This document shows, one piece after another, positions 1 to 6,799 of a stretch of DNA of 29,054 nucleotides. Location of the stretch: positions 1-29,054 of the IMG/VR virus record IMGVR_UViG_3300020365_000093; one strand, 5' to 3'. The notes beneath the pieces were generated by a model that ran no database searches, had not been told where the DNA came from, and was given only the letters and a program-made list of their open reading frames with translations. This stretch comes from a virus (taxonomy: Duplodnaviria > Caudoviricetes). How positions within the stretch are numbered: the first letter of the stretch is position 1; every line of letters starts with the position of its first letter. A program made the translations under genes and the position numbers.

Positions 1-129
1 GCGGATGCTATCCATTTTGAAGTCGAGCACGAGTGCTTCACAGAGCATCTCAGTCCACTTGGTAACGTTGTCAGCGAGCTGCTGGCGAGCGTCAGCGGTG
101 GCACAGTAGTCAGCGAAGGTGGTGGTCAT
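1..129 (-). CDS. Small early hypothetical protein, 5' part (runs off window edge)
   Basis: Read by hand: ATG at 129, MTTTFADYCATADARQQLADNVTKWTEMLCEALVLDFKMDSIR, open to base 1; lies just downstream of the promoter repeat at 141-158. Confidence 0.8.
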   Translation of the reverse strand, partial: MTTTFADYCATADARQQLADNVTKWTEMLCEALVLDFKMDSIR

Positions 130-140
130 GGTGTCTTGCG

Positions 141-208
141 TTGATGAACTTAGTATAGAGCAGGATGGGGGTCAGACCATACGGACTGTGACACTATGCG
201 TACCGTCC
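141..208 (-). promoter_or_regulatory. Early promoter copy 1 (dyad + TATACT -10)
   Basis: Minus-strand CTATACTAAGTTCATCAA at 141-158 (-10 at 152-157); dyad GGACGGTACGCATAGTGTC at 190-208. Confidence 0.7.
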
Positions 209-345
209 TTGTTCAGTTGACGTTGCATCAGTTCACTGTGGATACTACGAGCCAGTTGCTGGTCCAGCGTCTGGTAACCAACTTCACCCTCTTCAGGAGT
301 GACAGCGGTGATCTCGTAGTAGTTGCCTTGAACTGTGAGTTTCAT
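172..345 (-). CDS. Hypothetical early protein (57 aa)
   Basis: ORF track 172..402; start moved to ATG 345 (MKLTVQGNYY) because the promoter repeat at 357-373 lies inside the longer ORF. Confidence 0.75.
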   Translation of the reverse strand: MKLTVQGNYYEITAVTPEEGEVGYQTLDQQLARSIHSELMQRQLNKDGTHSVTVRMV

Positions 346-356
346 GGGTGCTTTGC

Positions 357-423
357 TGATGAACTTAGTATAGGGTAGATCACGCCTTGCGGATCTCACC
401 ACCGACCACTACGTCAGCTGGCA
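357..423 (-). promoter_or_regulatory. Early promoter copy 2
   Basis: CTATACTAAGTTCATCA at 357-373 (-10 at 367-372); dyad TGCCAGCTGACGTAGTGGT at 405-423. Confidence 0.7.
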
Positions 424-631
424 CACGGGAGATGGTGTAACGACGGATCTGACCTTCAAACTGACGCCAGGCATCCACAGTCTCGTTCACGATGCGATTG
501 TGCTGACGATCCATGCCCTTGGCAGTCTTGCACTTGCCTTCCTTGCGGAAGTACACAATGGGGTGCTGGGGAGCGTCCACGGTGTCGATCTCGATCTTGT
601 AGTAGGAGTGCTTGACGACTTGAACGGTCAT
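380..631 (-). CDS. Hypothetical early protein (83 aa)
   Basis: ORF MTVQVVKHSYY..., directly downstream of promoter repeat 648-665. Confidence 0.8.
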   Translation of the reverse strand: MTVQVVKHSYYKIEIDTVDAPQHPIVYFRKEGKCKTAKGMDRQHNRIVNETVDAWRQFEGQIRRYTISRVPADVVVGGEIRKA

Positions 632-647
632 GGGTGGTGTCCCTTGG

Positions 648-715
648 TTGATGAACTTAGTATAGGGCTCAGGAGAGCAGTTCCAATGCCTCCTGTGACA
701 GTTCTTCTCGTGGCA
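648..715 (-). promoter_or_regulatory. Early promoter copy 3
   Basis: CTATACTAAGTTCATCAA at 648-665 (-10 at 659-664); dyad TGCCACGAGAAGAACTGTC at 697-715. Confidence 0.7.
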
Positions 716-809
716 TAGTGTCGATCAGACTAGGGATGTCATCATCCCATGCTAGTTCAGCAGTATCAATGTTCTGCAGGAGCCAGCGGTCGAGCATTAC
801 TTCATTCAT
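669..809 (-). CDS. Small acidic hypothetical protein (46 aa, not in ORF track)
   Basis: Read by hand: MNEVMLDRWLLQNIDTAELAWDDDIPSLIDTMPREELSQEALELLS; fills the gap between neighbours, 6 nt after the upstream stop. Confidence 0.7.
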   Translation of the reverse strand: MNEVMLDRWLLQNIDTAELAWDDDIPSLIDTMPREELSQEALELLS

Positions 810-815
810 AATAGT

Positions 816-998
816 TCAGAGGTGAGTATTTTCCATAAGGAGCATTTCATCGACAGTCATTTCAAGCTCTGCTGCCTTTAGTTCAAGATGATCACAGCAA
901 GTGTCATCATCGTGGAGATCAATCTCTTCCATGTCTACATGTGCAGTGAGTTTACCGAACAACATGTCGAGAAAATCGTGGTCGTCTTTAGAAAACAT
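816..998 (-). CDS. Small acidic hypothetical protein (60 aa)
   Basis: ORF track 816..1061; start moved to ATG 998 (MFSKDDHD), which overlaps the end of the 988..1149 gene by 11 nt. Confidence 0.7.
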   Translation of the reverse strand: MFSKDDHDFLDMLFGKLTAHVDMEEIDLHDDDTCCDHLELKAAELEMTVDEMLLMENTHL

Positions 999-1149
999 TG
1001 GTCCAGCGTTCGTGTTGTACTTTGGTGATTTGTCCTGCATGTAACATGTTATCACACACATTACAGAAGACTTGGAACTTCTCCTCTCGGGAGAGGTTAT
1101 GTTTAGCAGCAGTCTCTGCGATAACCTTGGTGACTTGTGCTTTGAGCAT
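988..1149 (-). CDS. Small hypothetical protein (53 aa, not in ORF track)
   Basis: Read by hand: MLKAQVTKVIAETAAKHNLSREEKFQVFCNVCDNMLHAGQITKVQHERWTNVF; packs tightly with neighbours. Confidence 0.75.
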   Translation of the reverse strand: MLKAQVTKVIAETAAKHNLSREEKFQVFCNVCDNMLHAGQITKVQHERWTNVF

Positions 1150-1151
1150 GA

Positions 1152-1199
1152 TCAGAACAGTGAATAGATGATGACAATAACAGCAACAAGGTACAACAT
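1152..1199 (-). CDS. Putative 15-aa hydrophobic microprotein
   Basis: MLYLVAVIVIIYSLF; its ATG overlaps the upstream stop (TGATG) and its stop is 2 nt before the next ATG. Confidence 0.45.
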   Translation of the reverse strand: MLYLVAVIVIIYSLF

Positions 1200-1438
1200 C
1201 AGCACATCAGGGGAGAATAGTCGTAACCAGCGTAGGCATGAACATGGAAGTCAGAAACAGTTGCACCGTTGGCAATGTAGTTGTTCACAGAATACATCAT
1301 TTCAGACTTGACAACGGTGGAGAATGTGGTCATCTCAGTGTCAGTGTTGGGATGCCAGATCACACGCTTGACAAATCGCTTAGCAGAAGGAGTGCAAGGA
1401 TAGAAGTCGATTTGAGTGGCAGAGGTCTGGAGTTGCAT
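1199..1438 (-). CDS. Hypothetical early protein (79 aa)
   Basis: ORF MQLQTSATQIDFYP..., downstream of promoter at 1464-1519. Confidence 0.8.
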   Translation of the reverse strand: MQLQTSATQIDFYPCTPSAKRFVKRVIWHPNTDTEMTTFSTVVKSEMMYSVNNYIANGATVSDFHVHAYAGYDYSPLMC

Positions 1439-1463
1439 GGGGTGTTCCCTTGACGACTTCTAT

Positions 1464-1519
1464 AGAATACATCATTCAGGGTGCTGTGGGGCAGTTGGTA
1501 GACAGTTCTGCAACTGGTC
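1464..1519 (-). promoter_or_regulatory. Early promoter copy 4
   Basis: -10 TATTCT at 1464-1469; dyad GACCAGTTGCAGAACTGTC at 1501-1519, same spacing as other copies. Confidence 0.65.
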
Positions 1520-1669
1520 GTACAGGCGACCTGCGTTGACGTTATGGTGAGCAGAATACTGTTCAGTGTGACCTAGTGGACATCCCATCATCATATCCAA
1601 CAGGAATCGGATCTGAGAGGGCGTCAGTGGCACGTCAGTGGTCTCAGTCATGGGAGATGGTTCAGGCAT
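1472..1669 (-). CDS. Hypothetical protein (65 aa; may start at Met7)
   Basis: ORF track; fits between the MTase gene and promoter copy 4. Confidence 0.7.
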   Translation of the reverse strand: MPEPSPMTETTDVPLTPSQIRFLLDMMMGCPLGHTEQYSAHHNVNAGRLYDQLQNCLPTAPQHPE

Positions 1670-1691
1670 GTTACAGGCGCTTCTAGAGGGG

Positions 1692-2441
1692 TCACAGGAA
1701 CTCCCTCAGTGTATGGTCTGCCTTGACTCTTGTCAAGGACTGTTCAAAATACTCTTTATCACGTTCACAACCAATGTATTTCCTACCAGCACGTTTGGCA
1801 GCAATAGCAGTAGAACCAGATCCCATAAAGATATCCAACACAGTGTCACCCTCATTAGTATATGCTCTCACAATACGCTCCATGATCTCCAGATTCTTGG
1901 TGGTAGGATGCCAACCACAATAATCTTTGGAGGTAGTATGATTATTCTTCTCCCACACACAGGTAGGAATAGTGCCCTGAGTGTAGTCTTTACCAGTGCG
2001 TAGATTCTTCTTCACCTTACGTTCTACGCGAATCTCCGCATCATTGAACATAAACTCCGCGCCTTTTGACCAACACCATGCATACTCATGCTTACGAGCA
2101 AAGTTAGTCTTAGCACGTCCACCCCAGTTGTATGACCAAATGATCTCATTCTGTGGTTTGAGCACAGCATGATTGTCAGTGGTTTGTAGTTTATAGCGCA
2201 GGAATGTTTCGGTCTTGAGTGTACCCCACACAATGAACATACGGTTGGGTTTCAACACACGGACACACTCTGCTGTCCACTGCTCACACCAATCAAGATA
2301 CTCTTTCTCACTCTTCCACTGTGAATCCCATCCCTTACCACCATCAAATCCAATAAAGTATGGTGGGTCAGTGACAACCAGATCAACACTGTCATCATCG
2401 AGAGTGCTGAGGTATTCGAGACAATCTTTGTTTTCAATCAT
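1692..2441 (-). CDS. DNA methyltransferase, N4-C/N6-A, beta class
   Basis: Catalytic DPPY near the N-terminus (VDLVVTDPPY), HPTTK, then SAM-binding VLDIFMGSGSTA and YIGCE near the C-terminus (beta order); start at MIENKD gives an ATGA overlap with the upstream stop. Confidence 0.95.
   Translation of the reverse strand: MIENKDCLEYLSTLDDDSVDLVVTDPPYFIGFDGGKGWDSQWKSEKEYLDWCEQWTAECVRVLKPNRMFIVWGTLKTETFLRYKLQTTDNHAVLKPQNEIIWSYNWGGRAKTNFARKHEYAWCWSKGAEFMFNDAEIRVERKVKKNLRTGKDYTQGTIPTCVWEKNNHTTSKDYCGWHPTTKNLEIMERIVRAYTNEGDTVLDIFMGSGSTAIAAKRAGRKYIGCERDKEYFEQSLTRVKADHTLREFL
1708..1736 (-). promoter_or_regulatory. Sigma70-type promoter inside the MTase 3' end
   Basis: TTGACA (1731-1736) - 17 nt - TACACT (1708-1713). 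Confidence 0.6.
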
Positions 2442-2944
2442 ACTTCTTTCATCCATGAGAAATCTTTAGGGAAACCGTCGAGACAGAATGTACCAGAGTT
2501 TACAGTCTTACCACCGTGTTGATTATAGATCCAATTACCTTTTTCATCCTGAACTTCAACAGCAGCAGTGACAGTTTGCTTGTCTGCTTCATAGAATTCT
2601 ACACGATCAGGGAAAACACAAACAAACACCATGTCATCATAGTCTTGACCAGGACGAATCTGCTGCCAACGAAAATGTGTGCCAGTGCCCCACAAGAAAG
2701 AACCTTTGATCTCTTTCTTGCGACTGTTGCAAATACGGTCATGATTAGAGTTGTTAGGTTTCTCAACCTTACAACCTTTGCCAGTCATGTACTCTTCATA
2801 CAGCAACTCAAAGAACTTACCTTTCTTCTTAGAAGACAAAGACTTGAACTGTTGGAAAGCAGAATTAGCATAGGGATCGACTGCCTGCTCCATCAGGATG
2901 CTCTCATGGGTGCTGGACTTGAGGTAGTCTTGAGCGGTCAGCAT
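2438..2944 (-). CDS. PD-(D/E)XK nuclease, putative type II restriction endonuclease
   Basis: KGKFFE helix, NHDRI...KKEIKGS (D...E-x-K), FRWQQIR...DYD; coupled to the MTase; start moved from 2977 to ATG 2944 because the -10 box lies at 2968-2973. Confidence 0.7.
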   Translation of the reverse strand: MLTAQDYLKSSTHESILMEQAVDPYANSAFQQFKSLSSKKKGKFFELLYEEYMTGKGCKVEKPNNSNHDRICNSRKKEIKGSFLWGTGTHFRWQQIRPGQDYDDMVFVCVFPDRVEFYEADKQTVTAAVEVQDEKGNWIYNQHGGKTVNSGTFCLDGFPKDFSWMKEV

Positions 2945-2967
2945 GGGTGCGTTGCTTTGATACAGAT

Positions 2968-3023
2968 AGTATGGCATGAAAAAGGGGTGCCGTCAAGCAC
3001 CCCAACCAGTTTGCAAACTGTCC
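2968..3023 (-). promoter_or_regulatory. Early promoter copy 5 with sigma70 -35/-10
   Basis: Dyad GGACAGTTTGCAAACTGGT (3005-3023), TTGACG (2991-2996) - 17 nt - CATACT (2968-2973). Confidence 0.75.
2979..3003 (-). terminator. Rho-independent terminator
   Basis: GGGGTGC-TTGACG-GCACCCC-TTTTT, just after the oxygenase stop codon. Confidence 0.8.
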
Positions 3024-3544
3024 TAGATCCAGTTGAGATTTAGAACAACTCTGCGATTATCATTTGTTGTTGACACTCCACGATGATACATTGTTGATGG
3101 AAATGTCACTAACCTGTTCTCTACTGTCTCTACAATCTCACCATTCTCAAACTCTGTGTATCCATTGTTTGTATTGAAATAAAAGATAGATGTGTTGGTG
3201 ATACCAGTGTTAGTAACTTTCTCCCACGGTGTACCATCCAAATCAACATGAAATGATGTCTTGCTATGTTCTTTCGTGCCTCCACGACAATTTAGTTTAC
3301 ATCTCAATGGTACAAGCACATTTAGTCCTCCCAAAATAGGATAGACCATAGGAAAGAACTCATCAACATGCTGTGATTGTGTATCATACAACATGTGTGT
3401 GAACTGATGCAGCGTTGGGTTGTCAAGTTCGTTGCGATCAACAACAGCATTCATGAAATACCATGGAAACTTCTCAGCAAAGAAGAAATCCTTCATTTGC
3501 TGATATATTTCGGGTTTCAAAAAGTTATCTCTGATATCAATCAC
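3023..3544 (-). CDS. 2OG-Fe(II) oxygenase-like protein
   Basis: FHVD (HxD), YFNTNNGYTEF, ENRLVTFP, distal H in YHRG, RVVLNLN; typical of cyanophage oxygenases. Confidence 0.8.
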   Translation of the reverse strand: MIDIRDNFLKPEIYQQMKDFFFAEKFPWYFMNAVVDRNELDNPTLHQFTHMLYDTQSQHVDEFFPMVYPILGGLNVLVPLRCKLNCRGGTKEHSKTSFHVDLDGTPWEKVTNTGITNTSIFYFNTNNGYTEFENGEIVETVENRLVTFPSTMYHRGVSTTNDNRRVVLNLNWI

Positions 3545-3692
3545 TGAAAATAGGAATGATGTTAGTCTTAGCGTGTTGCGTTTTGTTTATGTGCTGTTCC
3601 CACAGAGCGGCATCTTCCAAATTGTAAAAGATCGCTTCTTGGCGGGAAGTGCCTTTCTTCTTGTTCTTCATCCACACAACTGCGTACTTCAT
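3537..3692 (-). CDS. Small hypothetical protein (51 aa)
   Basis: MKYAVVWMKNKKKGTSRQEAIFYNLEDAALWEQHINK...; 3' part of ORF 3537..3800; overlaps the oxygenase start by 8 nt. Confidence 0.65.
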   Translation of the reverse strand: MKYAVVWMKNKKKGTSRQEAIFYNLEDAALWEQHINKTQHAKTNIIPIFSD

Positions 3693-3873
3693 GCCAAAAT
3701 TCAGGGTAAACGACAATGTTAACATAGTGACGACCCCACCGTGAGTTTGCACTCGTGGGCAGTGGGATGTCTTTGAAACAAATAGTGATGTAATACTCAC
3801 TAATGAAAGAAATATAACCTGTTACATGCCCATAGGTAACAGGTTGTAGCAATTCAAAATCAATCGACTTCAT
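3568..3873 (-). CDS. Hypothetical protein (101 aa)
   Basis: ORF track; beta-rich N-terminal 60 aa (VTYGHVTGYISFISEYYITIC); starts inside the end of the upstream gene. Confidence 0.65.
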   Translation of the reverse strand: MKSIDFELLQPVTYGHVTGYISFISEYYITICFKDIPLPTSANSRWGRHYVNIVVYPEFWHEVRSCVDEEQEERHFPPRSDLLQFGRCRSVGTAHKQNATR

Positions 3874-4057
3874 CGAATGCTTTGCGGTTTTGGTTTGCTG
3901 GATTAGGCAACCTAAACATTTGCTTTAGATCATTTAGTTCATTGATTTGCTTCTGCAAATTATCAATCTGTGCTTGCAATATTGCAGCGTTGTGATCATT
4001 GTTTTCCTGCAACATCAAGAAATTCTTGATTGTATCTTTGAATTCCTGCTCAGTCAT
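3860..4057 (-). CDS. Small coiled-coil hypothetical protein
   Basis: Heptad-like ILQAQIDNLQKQINELNDLK; tight packing with neighbours. Confidence 0.75.
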   Translation of the reverse strand: MTEQEFKDTIKNFLMLQENNDHNAAILQAQIDNLQKQINELNDLKQMFRLPNPANQNRKAFDEVD

Positions 4058-4062
4058 GGTAA

Positions 4063-4347
4063 TCAGTATCTCTCTGGTAATTTAGCACGGATGTCGCCAA
4101 AGTCAATAGGGCGATTACCCATCATAAGATCATAAAGTTCTCTTGCCTTGACATACTCTTTCTGATGATATTGTATCACATCATCGATGCAAGATAGCAT
4201 CTCTTCATACGTTTGTCTGCTTGATACTTTGTCATCCTGGAGGTAATCGTCGATAGCATCTTGCATACGACATTTGCGTTGCTCTTCATAAGTCTTTTGC
4301 GAAAGATTGGTTGGATCTACAATACCAGGGCGGCAGTCAGTTGTCAC
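4063..4347 (-). CDS. Hypothetical protein (94 aa)
   Basis: ORF track; GTGA start/stop overlap with the upstream gene. Confidence 0.75.
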   Translation of the reverse strand: MTTDCRPGIVDPTNLSQKTYEEQRKCRMQDAIDDYLQDDKVSSRQTYEEMLSCIDDVIQYHQKEYVKARELYDLMMGNRPIDFGDIRAKLPERY

Positions 4348-4538
4348 GAATTGAACTCCTCATTACGGCGTTTGTCAAGATAAGCAATAATTTCGCCACG
4401 CCATTCTAACAGTTCATGATAGCATTGCTGATCATGTGCATCTTGGCGCAACTCATGGTCTGGTTTCAATACACTCTCGTAAAAGATGTAAAATGCATCT
4501 TTACGTTTTTCGTGCTTTGTGGTGTTGTTCCAGTCCAT
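4344..4538 (-). CDS. Hypothetical protein (64 aa)
   Basis: ORF MDWNNTTKHEKRKDAFYIFYES; GAGGA Shine-Dalgarno-like sequence upstream. Confidence 0.8.
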   Translation of the reverse strand: MDWNNTTKHEKRKDAFYIFYESVLKPDHELRQDAHDQQCYHELLEWRGEIIAYLDKRRNEEFNS

Positions 4539-4607
4539 GTAATCCTCGTTTGGTCCTATGTATTTTAGACGAGTGTGTCAGAAAATCAGTATAATATCAG
4601 ACTTTCT

Positions 4608-4898
4608 TCACATTTCAGGTCCCCAACCATCATTTTCAGGGACACAATCATCATCGTCCACTTGATCGACAGAATGAATATCGCATACTGGCACTTCATG
4701 CTCACCACCAATAATGTACCAGTGCATCATCTGTCCATGATACTCAGGATGTGCTTGATACTCAGTGGTATACTCTCGCTCGCCACAATACATGATCTCA
4801 CTTTCTGGAATATCATGATCTCGTAGCATTGCTTGCAACTGCAAGTGTAGTAATTCTGGTTGTGTAGGTACTTTCATTAGATCTCCATATTCAAGCAT
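4608..4898 (-). CDS. Acidic hypothetical protein (96 aa)
   Basis: ORF track; downstream of promoter at 4921-4949. Confidence 0.75.
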   Translation of the reverse strand: MLEYGDLMKVPTQPELLHLQLQAMLRDHDIPESEIMYCGEREYTTEYQAHPEYHGQMMHWYIIGGEHEVPVCDIHSVDQVDDDDCVPENDGWGPEM

Positions 4899-4920
4899 AG
4901 TGTCCTACTGGTGCTCTGCT

Positions 4921-4949
4921 ACCCTAGCACGGGCGTCAACCCATGTCAA
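4921..4949 (-). promoter_or_regulatory. Sigma70-type promoter
   Basis: TTGACA (4944-4949, overlapping the upstream TGA stop) - 17 nt - TAGGGT (4921-4926) with extended TG. Confidence 0.55.
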
Positions 4950-5338
4950 GAGGGTTCTGCTACTGCATCGTCGTTGACATATGCTATAACGCCTGTGGGG
5001 GTCACTACATATGCTGGAATGTGATGATCAGCATCAGGTAAGTTCTGTGCTTGTGGGAACCAATCAAAGCAAGCATCTACTGCTTCGACCTTTGTGCCAA
5101 ACTCATAATAGATTACTTCCAATTCAAAGATTCTATCAATCTCTGCCTCAGGAATAATCCAGTTAGCATAGTCAGCATCAATTCTGTCCTCATAGTATGC
5201 ATAGACAGTTGCTTTCTTAGTAGCATCAAATGTATGATACTTTGAATTATCAATGACAAGAATATACTTATCTGTTGCTGCAGCATACTTTTGAACTAGT
5301 TCAAAAGGACGCATTGGGTTTTTAGAAATTAGTGGCAT
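4946..5338 (-). CDS. Hypothetical protein (130 aa), last gene of the tail operon
   Basis: ORF track; starts 1 nt after the upstream stop. Confidence 0.8.
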   Translation of the reverse strand: MPLISKNPMRPFELVQKYAAATDKYILVIDNSKYHTFDATKKATVYAYYEDRIDADYANWIIPEAEIDRIFELEVIYYEFGTKVEAVDACFDWFPQAQNLPDADHHIPAYVVTPTGVIAYVNDDAVAEPS

Positions 5339-5339
5339 G

Positions 5340-6176
5340 TCAAATATCTCCGCTCTCTACCATTTCATTGTGTAGCATGTCAAGAATGTTATCAAGTGAT
5401 TGGTCACCAGTTCTTGGTTTACGGATGTAAGTAACTGGTTGATCATCAACTTGTCTAGTTGCGACAGCAACAGAGATGTAAGATACAATACGATCAACGT
5501 ATTTCTTATACATCATATTACCGCACTTGTAAAAATGTTCCGTTTCATTTGTAAGATACTCACCAGTATCCTCTTGTGCAGCGTATTTTGTTGGTGTAAT
5601 TGGGAATACAATCTGATCAGGTGGCACTGAACCTTGCTCTTGTGGGATGTCTCTCAGTTTCTGACGATAAACTTTCCATTGTTCTTTCTCTGCATCAGAA
5701 ATAGGAGAATCTGGCATCACTGTATAATCAGAATCCATGAGCAAGAACTTTCTAACCATCAACAACTTAGACATGTTGATATGATTAGTTCTAGCAAATT
5801 CTGCTGCTAGTGCAGTCTCAAGATCATGCTCTTGCTTCTCTCTGTATAAAGTATACAGTTCTTCTAGTTTTTCATATAATGCATCAACCTCAGCAGCAGG
5901 CATCTGTGTGTGATCAAACTGATAAGAAACCCACTTATATTGTCCAGTCTTTTGGTTTCTCACATACTTGTTCTTATTCATGTGAGTAGAACCATCTTTC
6001 ATTCTTACGAATGTTTCTAGTCTATCTCTATCACTATCCCATACAGGATATAAGATAGGAACAAAATTATCTGACCAAAAAGTTTCATCAAATGTTTTAT
6101 AGACACCATTGATCTGCATGGTTCTATTCAAACAATTCAAATATAATGCTGTATGAAGAGGTGATGCTAATTCCAT
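5340..6176 (-). CDS. Tail fibre assembly chaperone-domain protein
   Basis: RKFLLMDSDYTVMPDSPISDAEKEQWKVYRQKLRDIPQ matches the R..LL..SD....D.P......W..YRQ.LRD.P signature of phage tail assembly chaperones; located after the fibre genes. Confidence 0.8.
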   Translation of the reverse strand: MELASPLHTALYLNCLNRTMQINGVYKTFDETFWSDNFVPILYPVWDSDRDRLETFVRMKDGSTHMNKNKYVRNQKTGQYKWVSYQFDHTQMPAAEVDALYEKLEELYTLYREKQEHDLETALAAEFARTNHINMSKLLMVRKFLLMDSDYTVMPDSPISDAEKEQWKVYRQKLRDIPQEQGSVPPDQIVFPITPTKYAAQEDTGEYLTNETEHFYKCGNMMYKKYVDRIVSYISVAVATRQVDDQPVTYIRKPRTGDQSLDNILDMLHNEMVESGDI

Positions 6177-6180
6177 GAGG

Positions 6181-6798
6181 TTATGCGAATTGGGTTATCC
6201 AACCAGTCAAAATGTATTTATCTTGTGAGAACACAGTATTGCCTCTATGAACATGTGTCATGCCTGCTGGCCAGATAACTACACGACCTTTCTTTGGTTT
6301 TATTCTTTTCTTTTGATACAAAAACTCTGTTTCTGCTTCGCCATCTGGCATATCATTGAGGTAGATCATCCATGCCAGTTCTCTGTTAGTAACATGAAAC
6401 GAAGAACTTTCGTAATGCCAGTGATGATAACCACCACCTGGACCAGTCTTCTGAAATTTGATAAACCCAGTAGATAGTTTTACACCTTTCAATTGATTAT
6501 ATTGTTCCATGTAATGACCAAGACAGCATTTCAAATAATCTACAGTATCTCTTGACAATTTACTATCGAAGTCAGAGAATACCATTTGAAAGTCACTTCT
6601 TCCCAACTTCTTGTCAGGAAACTGCTTGCTACCATGGTCAGTCTCTTGACCCATGTGGATTGATTGACTCCACATTTGCTCACCCTTCTCGATTACATAA
6701 TCGCAGAGTTTTGCTGGATAGAAACTGTCCCATACACCAATAAATTGGTCAAAGTCACCCACCATCTTATCGATGGGGTAGATATAATTTTGCGACAT
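6181..6798 (-). CDS. 2OG-Fe(II) oxygenase (prolyl-hydroxylase-like family)
   Basis: YHHWHYE, RELAWMIYLND, ETEFLYQ, PKKGRVVIWPA, THVHRG, KYILTGW. Confidence 0.9.
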   Translation of the reverse strand: MSQNYIYPIDKMVGDFDQFIGVWDSFYPAKLCDYVIEKGEQMWSQSIHMGQETDHGSKQFPDKKLGRSDFQMVFSDFDSKLSRDTVDYLKCCLGHYMEQYNQLKGVKLSTGFIKFQKTGPGGGYHHWHYESSSFHVTNRELAWMIYLNDMPDGEAETEFLYQKKRIKPKKGRVVIWPAGMTHVHRGNTVFSQDKYILTGWITQFA

Positions 6799-6799
6799 A

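Noticed and set aside
141-665. Three copies of a 17-18 bp repeat as a mini CRISPR array
   Set aside because: Spacing of about 215 and 291 nt with whole genes between copies; the repeat contains a -10 box and precedes start codons
999-1061. Longer N-terminus of ORF 816..1061
   Set aside because: Region is occupied by the 53-aa gene 988..1149; ATG 998 fits better
196-6743. Plus-strand ORFs opposite the small genes (e.g. 1638..2003, 2516..3043)
   Set aside because: Fully antisense to tightly packed minus-strand genes with better motif and promoter support
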